Assembly: GCA_041746255.1 (NCBI GenBank)
Contig: JBGTHM010000028.1
Location: forward strand, 1-43,553
Length of the DNA stretch: 43,553 nt
Reading direction: 5' to 3'
Origin: Fibrobacteria bacterium
GTDB lineage: Bacteria; Fibrobacterota; Fibrobacteria; UBA11236
The notes under the pieces were generated by a model that did not search any database, was not told the DNA's origin, and worked only from the letters and a program-made list of their open reading frames with translations. Both the position numbers and the translations under genes were made by a program. Every line of letters starts with the position of its first letter. Position 1 is the first letter of the stretch. Below are positions 29,663 to 39,978 of this stretch, piece after piece.

Positions 29663-31447
29663 CTAGAAGAGGGTCAAATTGCTGCGCTGAACCTTTTGTC
29701 CTGCGCGGAGTTCCACGACGTAAATACCTGGCTTGAGACCTTGGGTCGGAAGCGCGTGAAAACCCTTCCCGCTGCTTTGGTAAGTGCCGCGCACAGCGCC
29801 CTGGATATCTCTCAGAGTAACCGCGAAAGCTTCATGGGTATCCACACGTAATCCGACCTGCCCTGCTTCGCGCGCCACGCGGAATTGCAAGGGATGCGTG
29901 GCGCCATTGGCCATTTGCACCGAGGTGGTTGCATTCACAAAGGGATCGCCGGATCCCAGGTTCGTCAAGTTGTAATAGGCATCGCCATCCCAGAGATCCG
30001 CTCCGCCATCCGATTTAACGCCTTTAACTTCGATATGCACCTCGCGACCGGTTTCGAGTCCGTCTATTTTGAGGTATACCCGCTTCTTGTCCGGGCTTAC
30101 CTGGACATTGGCGACGTTCAAGGTCTTGATGTTCATTTTATTGCCGGCGCCATATCCATCCATGGGAATGTTTTCCCAGGATTTCACCCCATAATTGGCG
30201 GCGGTGCCTGCCGAAGTGCCTACCGGTTGCGAGAATTCAATGGTCATGCCCTGCGGTTTGGAGAAGACGGCCAACATTTCAAAAACGGGTGTTCCATTGG
30301 GAATCAGTCTTTGCAAACCGAACTCCTTTTTGGTCCAGTTCCAGTTACCGTCATTGTCTCCGATGCCTCCCACGATGATGGCTCCGTTGGGTCCGTGCAA
30401 TAACCGGTTCACTCCCGATTCCAGGCCTCCGGTATGGCGGAACAAGACACCTTGGTACTGACCGTTGATTTTTTCCATGAATACCCGTTGGATGCCGCCA
30501 TAGGTGATATCCCCGACCAGAAACTGGCCCTGGTACGGACCTTCAGTCATATACAGCGGTTGGCCGGGTGAATGCCCTATTGCTCCGTGTTGGAACCAAA
30601 CCACGGGTGGGGCGGTATTGGCTTTTCCTCCCGGGTCGAACTTGGGATCCGGAGGATTATTACGGTGCCCGAAGAATTTGCCGGGTTGCATATGCATGAG
30701 TTTGCTGGAAGGCAGCCAGTCACCTTGATTATCCGTGACGAACATTTCATCGTCCGGTCCAAAGGCAATGCCGTTGGGAGTACGCAAACCCCCGGCGAGG
30801 TATTCGCGCGCTCCCGTCTGGGCGTTTATCTTTACCCAGGTCCCCCGATTGGTGTTAACCTGGGGTTTCGTGGACCTACCCCCGGAAATGCCTACACCGG
30901 TGGCCCCGTAGAAAAAACCATCCTTAGCTTCTAGCCCGAAGATGAATTCATGGCGGGCATGGGGCTCATTCCATACCGAAACGTTCCGGACCTCATCGGC
31001 CTTTCCGTCCTTGTTTTTGTCGGGCAGGTGTACGAGCAGTTTTCCGCCCAATACATAAATCTCGTCGTCGACTACCTTAAGGCCTCCCGGATCGTTCAGA
31101 CCGGTGGCGAATTCTTTGACGGTGACATTGGGAGGAGTTTCCATAACGCCGGTAAGGATATAGACCTTGCCACCGTATTGTCTCTCAGTCACTTTTTTAT
31201 GCAGTCCCCCCCAATGGGCCAGAACCAATCTGCCGTCCGACAGCCAATCGATGCCGGCGGTTTGGGGATCGAATCCCGCCGGGCGCAAGTTGGCGAGGGT
31301 ATAGCCCGGATGCAATTTAAGTGGGGTCGCTCCCGCCTCGGGTGCATTGAAATCGAGAGCGGGGTATAAAAACAAGGCGAACAACCCGCTTAGGGCCGCT
31401 ATCCGATCGCGCTTCAAAAAGGGAAATGAAAGGGCTGCAGGTAACAT
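29663..31447 (-). CDS. Secreted sorbosone-dehydrogenase-like beta-propeller protein with a T9SS type-A-like C-terminal domain
   Basis: FATGLNDPGGL, AGGLRTPNG, TDNQGDW and GPYQGQFLVGD propeller motifs; tail GLKPGIYVVELRAG. Confidence 0.65.
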   Translation of the reverse strand: MLPAALSFPFLKRDRIAALSGLFALFLYPALDFNAPEAGATPLKLHPGYTLANLRPAGFDPQTAGIDWLSDGRLVLAHWGGLHKKVTERQYGGKVYILTGVMETPPNVTVKEFATGLNDPGGLKVVDDEIYVLGGKLLVHLPDKNKDGKADEVRNVSVWNEPHARHEFIFGLEAKDGFFYGATGVGISGGRSTKPQVNTNRGTWVKINAQTGAREYLAGGLRTPNGIAFGPDDEMFVTDNQGDWLPSSKLMHMQPGKFFGHRNNPPDPKFDPGGKANTAPPVVWFQHGAIGHSPGQPLYMTEGPYQGQFLVGDITYGGIQRVFMEKINGQYQGVLFRHTGGLESGVNRLLHGPNGAIIVGGIGDNDGNWNWTKKEFGLQRLIPNGTPVFEMLAVFSKPQGMTIEFSQPVGTSAGTAANYGVKSWENIPMDGYGAGNKMNIKTLNVANVQVSPDKKRVYLKIDGLETGREVHIEVKGVKSDGGADLWDGDAYYNLTNLGSGDPFVNATTSVQMANGATHPLQFRVAREAGQVGLRVDTHEAFAVTLRDIQGAVRGTYQSSGKGFHALPTQGLKPGIYVVELRAGQKVQRSNLTLF

Positions 31448-31691
31448 AGGGTGATTCTCCTCAATGGTTGACGCGATAGGAAGCTAGACCCCAAAAGTAG
31501 GCGCGCATCAAACTTCTATAATCTATGCCCTTAACCCCGTATTTTCAATCGGATTCTCAGAAACCGGATTCCCGAATACGCCAGCGCTAACTTATCCGTA
31601 CCCAGCCGCAACATTTCTCCGGACACGAATCAAAAAAAACGCAAATTTCACCGGAAACCCAAACTGAAATGATGCGGATCTTCGACGCGAA

Positions 31692-34346
31692 TCACTCCAG
31701 CCCAGCCAGGGCCTGTTCCAATTTCCCGGCTTTTTCCTGCTGGGAGGCAAGTTTCTCCCGCTCGGCTTCCACCACTTCAGGTGGTGCATTGGCGGTGAAT
31801 TTTTCGTTGCCCAGTTTTTTCTTCTGGGTTTCCACGAAATTGCGTGATCGCTCCAATTCCTTGGTCAGTCTGCGTCTTTCCTGTTCCGGATCGAGAATGC
31901 CTTCCAATGGCACATGCGCCTCGCCCCCGGTCAACACCTGGGTGGCCGAAAATTTCGGTTTGGCGAGGCCGGAACCCAGTTGGAGTTCGCCGATATTTTC
32001 CAGGTTGCGTAAAATGGCTTCTTGACGCCCGACCCTTTCGGCCTGGGCTGGGTCCGTATAGGTAGCCACCACGTTGATGGCTTGCGCAGGCGAGATGGAA
32101 TATTGGCCGCGCACTGAACGTACGGCTTCGACCAATGCGAAAGTTTCGGAAAATTCCCTTTCGATACCGGTATCGATGCGTGAGGAGTCGACCTCGGGCC
32201 ATCCGGAAGTTATGAGCAAATCGGTGTCACCGAGATTGTGCCTAATCTCTTCGGTGATATACGGCATGAAAGGGTGCAATAAAGCGATCAGCCGCTCCAG
32301 TACATGCTTGAAAACTGCGACCGCATTCCGCTTCTCGTCGCCTTCGCCCTGGGTGATGCTTTTCTTGCGGATTTCCAGGTAGCTGGAGCAAAAATCGTCC
32401 CAGGTGAAGCGGTAAAGGGCCTGGGTGGCGTCCGCGAACCGCAAGGCTTCCAAGGAGAGGGTAACTTCCCGGATAACCGTATTCAAGCGGGAGAGAATCC
32501 ATTTGTCGGCAAGTTGTAAATGCTTGTCGCTAAACTCGCCTTGGCCTGCTTCGGCATGCGGCAGCACGAAGCGCACGGCGTTCCAGAGCTTATTGGCGAA
32601 GTTACGCCCGGTTTCGAATTTGGTGGGCGAAAGTTTGATGTCCTGACCTTCGGTGGTCATGGTCATGAGGGCGAAGCGCACGGCGTCGGCTCCGTATTGG
32701 TCTATCATCTCCAGGGGATCGATGCCGTTCCCCTTGGACTTCGACATGCGCTGGCCCTTGGCGTCCAGAATGGTGCCGTGGATATACACCGTATGGAACG
32801 GAGGCTTGCCCAGGAATTTGAGCCCGGAAAAAATCATGCGCGCCACCCAGAAATAGATGATGTCGCGCGCCGTGCTTAAAATATCGGTAGGGTAGAAAGT
32901 GTCCAAATCCTCGGTTTTGTCCGGCCAACCCAAGGTGCTGAAGGGCCACAGGGCACTGGAAAACCAAGTGTCGAGCACGTCCTCTTCCTGCACCAGCACG
33001 GCTTCGGGCCCGAATTTCGCCACCGCTTTTCTCCGGGCTTCTTCCGCGTCCCGTCCCACCACTACCGGCGTTTCGTTGCGCCGCTCGCCGCCGGTTTCGC
33101 TCACCACGTACCAGGCGGGAATCTGGTGCCCCCACCACAATTGCCGCGAAATGCACCAGTCGCGGAAAGGCTCGAGCCAGGCGCGATAGGTTTTGGTATA
33201 GCGTTCCGGCACGAAGCGCGTCTCTCCGTTTTCCACGCATTGCAGCGCGGGTTCGGCGAGGGGTTTCATGTGTACGTACCATTGATTGAGCAGATAAGGC
33301 TCGATGATATCGCCCGAGCGATAGCAGGTGGGAATGGGAATCACCCGGTCTTCCACTTCGGTCAAGAGACCTTTTTCTTGCAGCTCCGCCACGAGCTTTT
33401 CGCGCGCCTTGAAGCGATACATTCCGGCATAGGGACCGGCCTGTTCATTCAGGTTGCCCTTGAGATCCAGGCAGATGATGGGTTCCAGCTTATGCCGCTT
33501 GCCCACTTCGAAATCGTTGAAATCATGCGCGGGAGTTATTTTCACGGCCCCCGAACCTTTGGTGGGATCGGCATGCTCGTCCGCGATAATGGGAATGGGG
33601 CGGTTGATGATGGGTATCAAAACATTTTTACCGATGAGATTCCGGTAACGCTCATCCTCGGCATTGACGGCCACGGCCACGTCGCCGAACAGGGTTTCCG
33701 GGCGAGTGGTGGAAACGACGATGCCCTCGGCGGGATTGTCTTCGAAGGGATAACGTATCGACCAGAAATACCCTTGGGTTTCCTTGTTCTCCACTTCTTC
33801 GTCTGCCAAGGCGGTTTGTAATTTAGGGCACCAGTTGACCAAACGGTGGCCCTGGTAAATGAGTCCGTCTTCGTAAAGGCGCACGAAGACTTCACGCACG
33901 GCCCGCGACAACCCCTCATCCATGGTGAAGCGCAGGCGCGACCAATCGCAGGAGCAGCCCAGCTTTTTGAGCTGACCCACGATGCGTTCCCCGTATTCGG
34001 CCTTCCATTCCCACACCTTCTCCACAAAGGCTTCCCGCCCGAGGTCCTGGCGCTTGATGCCCTGTTTGGCCAAATGCTTTTCCACCACCGATTGCGTGGC
34101 GATGCCCGCATGGTCGGTGCCCGGCTGCCACAGGGTTTTATAGCCCTGCATGCGTTTCCAGCGTATCAGCACATCCTGCAGGGTGTTGTTGAGAGCATGG
34201 CCCATATGTAACGCGCCCGTCACATTGGGGGGCGGAATGACCATGGTAAAGGGTTTGCCCTGGCCCTGGGGTTTAAATGCTCCGGCGGCTTCCCAGGCGG
34301 AATACCACTTGTCTTCGATATCTTGGGGCGTATAGCGGCTATCCAT
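31692..34346 (-). CDS. valS: Valine--tRNA ligase
   Basis: PPPNVTGALHMGH, DHAGIATQ, DWCISRQLWWGH, DVLDTWFSS, RMSKS and a C-terminal coiled coil. Start taken at MDSRY. Confidence 0.98.
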   Translation of the reverse strand: MDSRYTPQDIEDKWYSAWEAAGAFKPQGQGKPFTMVIPPPNVTGALHMGHALNNTLQDVLIRWKRMQGYKTLWQPGTDHAGIATQSVVEKHLAKQGIKRQDLGREAFVEKVWEWKAEYGERIVGQLKKLGCSCDWSRLRFTMDEGLSRAVREVFVRLYEDGLIYQGHRLVNWCPKLQTALADEEVENKETQGYFWSIRYPFEDNPAEGIVVSTTRPETLFGDVAVAVNAEDERYRNLIGKNVLIPIINRPIPIIADEHADPTKGSGAVKITPAHDFNDFEVGKRHKLEPIICLDLKGNLNEQAGPYAGMYRFKAREKLVAELQEKGLLTEVEDRVIPIPTCYRSGDIIEPYLLNQWYVHMKPLAEPALQCVENGETRFVPERYTKTYRAWLEPFRDWCISRQLWWGHQIPAWYVVSETGGERRNETPVVVGRDAEEARRKAVAKFGPEAVLVQEEDVLDTWFSSALWPFSTLGWPDKTEDLDTFYPTDILSTARDIIYFWVARMIFSGLKFLGKPPFHTVYIHGTILDAKGQRMSKSKGNGIDPLEMIDQYGADAVRFALMTMTTEGQDIKLSPTKFETGRNFANKLWNAVRFVLPHAEAGQGEFSDKHLQLADKWILSRLNTVIREVTLSLEALRFADATQALYRFTWDDFCSSYLEIRKKSITQGEGDEKRNAVAVFKHVLERLIALLHPFMPYITEEIRHNLGDTDLLITSGWPEVDSSRIDTGIEREFSETFALVEAVRSVRGQYSISPAQAINVVATYTDPAQAERVGRQEAILRNLENIGELQLGSGLAKPKFSATQVLTGGEAHVPLEGILDPEQERRRLTKELERSRNFVETQKKKLGNEKFTANAPPEVVEAEREKLASQQEKAGKLEQALAGLE

Positions 34347-34436
34347 AGGAGACAAATTGCGTTTTTTGCCGAAAGTCGCCAACATGGCCGTTTCCAACGC
34401 TCCCCGAAACCGGGCGGATATGTTATTTTACGGATT

Positions 34437-34637
34437 ATGCAGCTTAAAATAAACGGACGGGAGTCCGAAGTGGAAGAAGGCCTGAATCTCGACGGCCTTT
34501 TGCTGAAATACAAGCTCCGAAAAGAGCAAGTCGTAGTGGAAGTGAACCAGGCGGTTCCCGAAAAGCAAACCTATGCCCGTACCTACTTGCGCGATGGCGA
34601 CGCGGTCGAAATCGTCAAGTTCATGGGTGGGGGCTGA
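34437..34637 (+). CDS. thiS: Sulfur carrier protein ThiS (66 aa)
   Basis: MQLKING...VVVEVN...LRDGDAVEIVKFMGGG, with the C-terminal GG; true start at ATG 34437. Confidence 0.9.
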   Translation: MQLKINGRESEVEEGLNLDGLLLKYKLRKEQVVVEVNQAVPEKQTYARTYLRDGDAVEIVKFMGGG

Positions 34638-34673
34638 AAAGCCCAGTTCAACCCGCGGCGACGCCGTATCCGG

Positions 34674-36116
34674 TCAGCGGAGTTCGGCTATTTCCACGCC
34701 CGCATAATAACTCTTGATGATGCGCACGAAATCCTGACCCCGGCGCGATCTTTCCATCGCACCCATCTGGCAGAGACCGATGCCGTGGCCGAAAGCCTTT
34801 CCCCTCGCCACCAGTTTGTCGCCTTCCCGTCCCACGTTGAACCAGGCCGAAGGCAGAATGCTGTAGGACTTGGAAGCGGGTTTCAAGGCCCAGCGCGTCT
34901 TGTCGCCCCGAACGACTATGGGGCCCCCGTCCGTGAGGATTTCCATGTGCGCCACGCGCCCGCTACCGTCCCGCGTGAGAATGCGCACGTCGTCTACGCG
35001 GGTGAAGGCCGGGGGATTGCCGACGCCGGCGGCGCGGAGGTTGGCCCGCACCACGGCGGGCAAGGCGCGCATGTCCCACGTCTCTTCCCAATGCGAAAAA
35101 CGCGAGGCCGAGCAATAGGTTTTGCCGTTTTCGTCCAGGTCGGGCATGGACTGCAAATAGGGAATGGAAGGTCCCGACCAAACTTCGTGGTAGGCTGCGG
35201 TTTTTCCCGAACAGGTGGAGTAATAGAAGCAATGCGCCAATGTGTCGGCATGCACTACGGCCAGTCCCGCGGTAGCGAGCACGGCATGGTCGCTCAAGGG
35301 ATATTCCCGCGAGGCGCCCGCATAGACTTGATCGCGGATGTCGCTGTACAAATGAAAATCCCTGCCGGTGGAACGTTGCATTCTTTTATAGGCATAGGTA
35401 CGCGCCACCACCGCCTGGGCCTTCAGCGCCTCGAGGGCATTGCTTTCCAGCTTACCCATTTCGGCCGGCAATACTCCACGTAAATAATCCTCTACCGGCA
35501 GCCGGTTCACTACCGCGAAAACGCCTCCCGAAGGAATCAAACGGAATTCGCCTCGATAGGCTTTGCCTTCCAGCTCCAATCGCGTATGCGGGCTCATGGG
35601 TCGCAACGCCAATTCTTCTCCGCTACCGCGCTGATTGCGCCCCTCAACCTGCAATTCCCAACGACCGCCGCGCCACGCCAAAGCGAAGTCGCCATGCAGG
35701 CGTTTTACCACTCTCCACCCGCTCCGGTATTTTTCCCAAAGCGCCGCATCCCCCGCGGCTCTAAGACGGACCCGGTCCTGTTTTTCCGCCATCAGTATGC
35801 TTATCGAATCGCCGATACCCGCCGGACGTTTTTTCACCGGTAATCCCAGGCCATTGACGAGCCCGGGAGCATCGGAAAGCGGCTGCGAAGGAGGTTGGGG
35901 ATCCCACTCCGGAATGGGGCGTTGGGGTAGGGGGATTTCCATGGAGAGGGTATCCACGGCTGCCGGGGCATCCGGAACGCCCGGCTCGTCTTTCCCCTGG
36001 GGCGGCGTATGCCGCGTAGGTCCCGCGCAGGCGGCCAGAAAGAACAGGCAGGCGCATAGGTTGACTCCGCCGGCGCGGAAAATCCGGGTTTTGTGGGAAG
36101 GGGGGATGGCCGACAA
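34674..36116 (-). CDS. SpoIID/LytB-domain lytic transglycosylase-like lipoprotein
   Basis: VEDYLRGVLPAEM, EALKAQAVVARTYA, DQVYAG and GHGIGLCQMGA; lipobox LAAC. Confidence 0.9.
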   Translation of the reverse strand: MSAIPPSHKTRIFRAGGVNLCACLFFLAACAGPTRHTPPQGKDEPGVPDAPAAVDTLSMEIPLPQRPIPEWDPQPPSQPLSDAPGLVNGLGLPVKKRPAGIGDSISILMAEKQDRVRLRAAGDAALWEKYRSGWRVVKRLHGDFALAWRGGRWELQVEGRNQRGSGEELALRPMSPHTRLELEGKAYRGEFRLIPSGGVFAVVNRLPVEDYLRGVLPAEMGKLESNALEALKAQAVVARTYAYKRMQRSTGRDFHLYSDIRDQVYAGASREYPLSDHAVLATAGLAVVHADTLAHCFYYSTCSGKTAAYHEVWSGPSIPYLQSMPDLDENGKTYCSASRFSHWEETWDMRALPAVVRANLRAAGVGNPPAFTRVDDVRILTRDGSGRVAHMEILTDGGPIVVRGDKTRWALKPASKSYSILPSAWFNVGREGDKLVARGKAFGHGIGLCQMGAMERSRRGQDFVRIIKSYYAGVEIAELR

Positions 36117-36128
36117 GCGTTTAAGCCT

Positions 36129-36650
36129 TCAGGCGAGAGCTGCCTTGGATTCCTTGGCCATTTTCTTGAGTTTATTCTCGTTCAGTAAGCGATCGGTTTG
36201 GCTGATTTTATCCACGAAGAGAACGCCTTCAAGGTGATCGATTTCATGTTGGATGCAGCGCGAGAGCATGCCGTCCACATCCTTGAGGGTGAATTGTTTC
36301 CCATGCCTGTCCAACGCTTCCACGGTGATGGTTTCGGCGCGCAGCACGTCGGCCCATACACCCGGCACCGAAAGGCAGCCTTCTTCGGCCCAGACTTCGC
36401 CTTTTTTGGCGGTGATGACGGGGTTGAAGAAAACCAGGGGGTTCTTGACCTCGTCTTCGGATTGCAAATCGATGACGACGAGGCGAATGGATTTGCCCAC
36501 TTGCGGCGCGGCCAGCCCGATGCCGTTGGAGAGGTACATGGTTTCCAGCATGTGATCGACGAACTCCGCCAATTCGGGAGTGATGGTTTCCACTTCCGTG
36601 GCGCGCTTGCGCAAGACCTTGCTGCCGTATTTGAAAACTTTCATCGTCAT
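36129..36650 (-). CDS. def: Peptide deformylase
   Basis: GIGLAAPQVG, EGCLS and QHEIDHLEG. Confidence 0.97.
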   Translation of the reverse strand: MTMKVFKYGSKVLRKRATEVETITPELAEFVDHMLETMYLSNGIGLAAPQVGKSIRLVVIDLQSEDEVKNPLVFFNPVITAKKGEVWAEEGCLSVPGVWADVLRAETITVEALDRHGKQFTLKDVDGMLSRCIQHEIDHLEGVLFVDKISQTDRLLNENKLKKMAKESKAALA

Positions 36651-36668
36651 TACCGTGTCCGGTTCTAT

Positions 36669-36962
36669 TTAGGCATCGCCCTTTTCGACGAGTTCCTTGG
36701 CTTCTTTTTCATTCACGATTTTGGAAATCGCGGTTTTGGCGAAATCGATATTCACATTGGGAGCCACTTTCACCGTAACCAGATGATCCTTCACGGTGGC
36801 GACTTCGCCGAACATTCCGGCTTGGGTCAGCACCTTGTCTCCCCGCTTCAAAGCGTTCAACATCCGGGTGGTTTCCTTTTGCTCCCGAATCTTCGGCCTC
36901 AAAATGAACAGATACATGACCAAAATGAGCGAGCCGATAAAAAGCAGATCCTGTATTCCCAT
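36669..36962 (-). CDS. yajC: Preprotein translocase subunit YajC
   Basis: TM helix ending MYLFILRP, then LKRGDKVLTQAGMFG; start MGIQ at 36962. Confidence 0.92.
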   Translation of the reverse strand: MGIQDLLFIGSLILVMYLFILRPKIREQKETTRMLNALKRGDKVLTQAGMFGEVATVKDHLVTVKVAPNVNIDFAKTAISKIVNEKEAKELVEKGDA

Positions 36963-37133
36963 TTTCCTACAAATTCCCTTTGAAGTGTATGCATACCAAC
37001 GTCCCAAGCGCAAATATGCGGCCTGAGACGGGCATACACCCGGATAATATAGATAAATTCGCCTTTTCCTTTACTTTGGGCAGGCGACTCCCCTGGGGAA
37101 AATAGGGGAGATTTGCCGGTGGAAAGCCCTTTT

Positions 37134-38774
37134 CTACCGGTTCCGGGCCAGGACGACATCGTCGATTAGCATGCGCGAGGGCTGGTCCGGGCTAGGGCAT
37201 CCATTGCCGTTGCCGCCATTGGAATACCAGCCGCCCAGGCGTACGGCCTTGATTTGGGGTCCGTCCGGTAAAGAACCTCTCGTGTCGATTCCACTCGCTT
37301 CGGCTATGAGTTGCCCGTTCACCCAAATTCGCGCCTCGCCGTTTTTTTGTCCCGGCTGGTTGAGGATGAGAGCGTATTCGAGATCATACCACCTTTGCCT
37401 TTCAAATGAGAAATCGTAATTCACGGCCGACCAGGAATTTCCGGCATCTCTTTCTTTGGAATAGATTCCGATACCGCGCATGTCGGTCACGCCGCATTGG
37501 TTTCCGGGAACGCTATGGGTGCGCACGACCACGTCGATACCATGGGTGGGATGTTCCGAGTTGTCACCGGTGATGCGGCCGATAGCCATGCCTTGGGGAA
37601 AATCAAAGCTGCGATCGAAGTAATATTTTCCTCGAACATATAAGGTTTCGGCGGCGACGGCATGCGTCACTCCGGCCTCTTGCTCATTACGTGTATAAGT
37701 AATGGTTAGTGGATCTGCTTCCGGGATAGTGGGAACCAAAGTTTCCACCACAGGTTCGGGAGTGGATACGGGGCTATCGGCGACAACCGGGACAGGAGCG
37801 GTCCAGACGGGAGTAATCGATACCATGGAGGGCGTGGGCGAATCAACCGGAGTCGGAGCCTCGGACGAACCGGAAAGCGGTCCGATATAACTTCGCGCAA
37901 TTTCGATATCGTCCATATAAATGCTGGAAGGCCCGCTGGGCGCAGAGCATCGGTTTCCCCGGGCGCTGTTGGAATACCAGCCGCCGATGAGTACCCGGTT
38001 CAACCTCACGGAGGAGCCGCCTCCGCCGCGGATATTGAGTCCGGTTTTCTCACCCACCATTTTGCCGTCTACCCAGAGTCGCACCAAACCGTTTTTCTGC
38101 CCGGGGGTGTTGAGAGAGACCTGGTATTCGACGCTATACCATCGTTCCCTTTGAAAAGAAATGGAAGGGGTGATGCTGCCCCAGTCATATCCGGTTGGGC
38201 GACCGTTAAAATGTAAACCCAGATAACCCATATCGGTTTGGCCGCATTGATTGCCGGCCGAACTTCCGACGGCGAGGATGATGTCGACATCATTGGCTTG
38301 TTTTGCGTCGTTGAAGCTGGACACGCGTCCTATTTTCACGCCTTGCCCGAAATCGAAGCCCTTGTCGAAATAAAAGTGGGTGCGCACATGGATGTTTTCT
38401 TCGTCGACGCGCAGAACCGAACCGGCGACATCTTCATTTTTGATGTAGGTCGCTTTCAAGGCTTTGGATCCGGAACGACGAATGCCGTTGGTAGCCAAGG
38501 AAATTCCGTGGGGGCCGATGTTGACGAAATTTCCGCACCCCGGGCGATTGTAGCCGCTTCCATCCCGGCGTCCCCAACATTCCGCCGACTCGGATTCAAA
38601 ATCGGCGCGGAAGGGAAGAGAAACGGCTGCGGCGGTTTTCAGAAGCGGCGGAGCGCTAGCGGAGGCCGCTTCCGGCGCCGGTGGCGCGATGGCTGCGGAG
38701 GGAGAGAAGAAATTACAGCCGGAAAAAATAAGGCTGGAAACAGCGATAGCTGCGGCGGGTAGGTATTTTCGCAC
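37134..38774 (-). CDS. Lipoprotein with two polysaccharide-lyase-like beta-jelly-roll domains
   Basis: Lipobox FSGC; repeated FYFD..FDF...K/IG, RWY..E....LN.PG..NG..R.WV.G and GGWYSN motifs separated by a P/T/S/V linker. Confidence 0.6.
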   Translation of the reverse strand: MRKYLPAAAIAVSSLIFSGCNFFSPSAAIAPPAPEAASASAPPLLKTAAAVSLPFRADFESESAECWGRRDGSGYNRPGCGNFVNIGPHGISLATNGIRRSGSKALKATYIKNEDVAGSVLRVDEENIHVRTHFYFDKGFDFGQGVKIGRVSSFNDAKQANDVDIILAVGSSAGNQCGQTDMGYLGLHFNGRPTGYDWGSITPSISFQRERWYSVEYQVSLNTPGQKNGLVRLWVDGKMVGEKTGLNIRGGGGSSVRLNRVLIGGWYSNSARGNRCSAPSGPSSIYMDDIEIARSYIGPLSGSSEAPTPVDSPTPSMVSITPVWTAPVPVVADSPVSTPEPVVETLVPTIPEADPLTITYTRNEQEAGVTHAVAAETLYVRGKYYFDRSFDFPQGMAIGRITGDNSEHPTHGIDVVVRTHSVPGNQCGVTDMRGIGIYSKERDAGNSWSAVNYDFSFERQRWYDLEYALILNQPGQKNGEARIWVNGQLIAEASGIDTRGSLPDGPQIKAVRLGGWYSNGGNGNGCPSPDQPSRMLIDDVVLARNR

Positions 38775-38826
38775 GTATTCTCCTGGATGGTTTTTGGGGT
38801 GAGGGAAAGTTTGCGGCCTTTATCCG

Positions 38827-39978
38827 TTATCGGGTTCCGATATAAGTTCGGGATACGGCGATATCGTCGAGGTATAGGCGCGACGGTTGACTGGGATCTA
38901 CGCATTTGTTGCCGCGCGCGCTGTTGGAATACCATCCGCCGACGCGGAGGCGATTCAGTTTCACCGCATCGCTGAGGTTACCGCGGATATTGATGTCGGT
39001 TCTTTCCGCCACCATTTCGCCGTCGACCCAAATGCGCGCGATTCCGTTCGACTTACCTGCCTGGTTCAAGGAGACTTGGAATTCGATGGCATACCATCTT
39101 TCCCTTTGGAAGGAAATCGGCGCTTCGATGCTGCCCCAATCGTATCCGGCGGGACGTCCGTTGAAGTGGAGGCTGAGGAATCCCATATCGTTGACTCCGC
39201 ATTGATCGCCGGCCTTGCTGCCCGCCAGTAAGATGATGTCTATGTCGTTTTCCTGTTTGCTTTCATTGAAGCCGGAGACGCGACCGATTTTGATGCCCTG
39301 GCCGAAATCGAAACCTTTGTCGAAATACATATAGGCCCGATAATGCACGACATCTTCCTTGATATTCAAGGTGGCGCCTGCTTGCTGTTCATTTTTACGA
39401 TAGGTGATCTCCATGGCTTGTCCTCCGGATCGGGAGATGCCGTTCTCGGACAGGGTTACGCCTTCGCTGCCGATGGAATTGAAGTCGCCGCAGCCGGATG
39501 GGCTGAACTTTCCGGTATTTCCCTGGGTCTTCCAGCATTCCCGGGATTCTCCGGCGAAATTGCTTTTGAAAAGGAGGTCGGAAGCGGGCTGGGAGGGCGT
39601 TTCCAAGGTGGGTCGCGCTTCTACGGGATGCGAAATTTCCGGTAGTGAAGGCGGTTCCTCAGACGACTGGATTGCTTGAGGGGGCTGCCTTTCCCCAGGC
39701 GGTTGGATTTCGTCAGGTTGCAGACTGGGAGTGGGCTCCGATTTTTCCACCTCAATGGCTTTGGTTGTATCGGAGGCGGGGAGCGAATCCTGGTTTTCCG
39801 GAGCGTTTGGTTCGGCCAGAACGCTATCTTCCGGAGGATCCGTGGGTAGGTTTACGGCTTCAATATGCTCGGTGGGCAAGTTGGCCGCATTGGGGTGGTC
39901 AACTTTTTCAGTGTCGAAGATGCACCCTGAAAATAAGACCAGGGCAAATACGGGTATAGGCCATGTGGGTAAACGCAT
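38827..39978 (-). CDS. Lipoprotein with one polysaccharide-lyase-like domain (paralogue of the adjacent gene)
   Basis: Lipobox FSGC, acidic Pro-rich tether and the same domain motifs (YFDKGFDFGQGIKIGRV, GGWYSNSARGN). Confidence 0.6.
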   Translation of the reverse strand: MRLPTWPIPVFALVLFSGCIFDTEKVDHPNAANLPTEHIEAVNLPTDPPEDSVLAEPNAPENQDSLPASDTTKAIEVEKSEPTPSLQPDEIQPPGERQPPQAIQSSEEPPSLPEISHPVEARPTLETPSQPASDLLFKSNFAGESRECWKTQGNTGKFSPSGCGDFNSIGSEGVTLSENGISRSGGQAMEITYRKNEQQAGATLNIKEDVVHYRAYMYFDKGFDFGQGIKIGRVSGFNESKQENDIDIILLAGSKAGDQCGVNDMGFLSLHFNGRPAGYDWGSIEAPISFQRERWYAIEFQVSLNQAGKSNGIARIWVDGEMVAERTDINIRGNLSDAVKLNRLRVGGWYSNSARGNKCVDPSQPSRLYLDDIAVSRTYIGTR

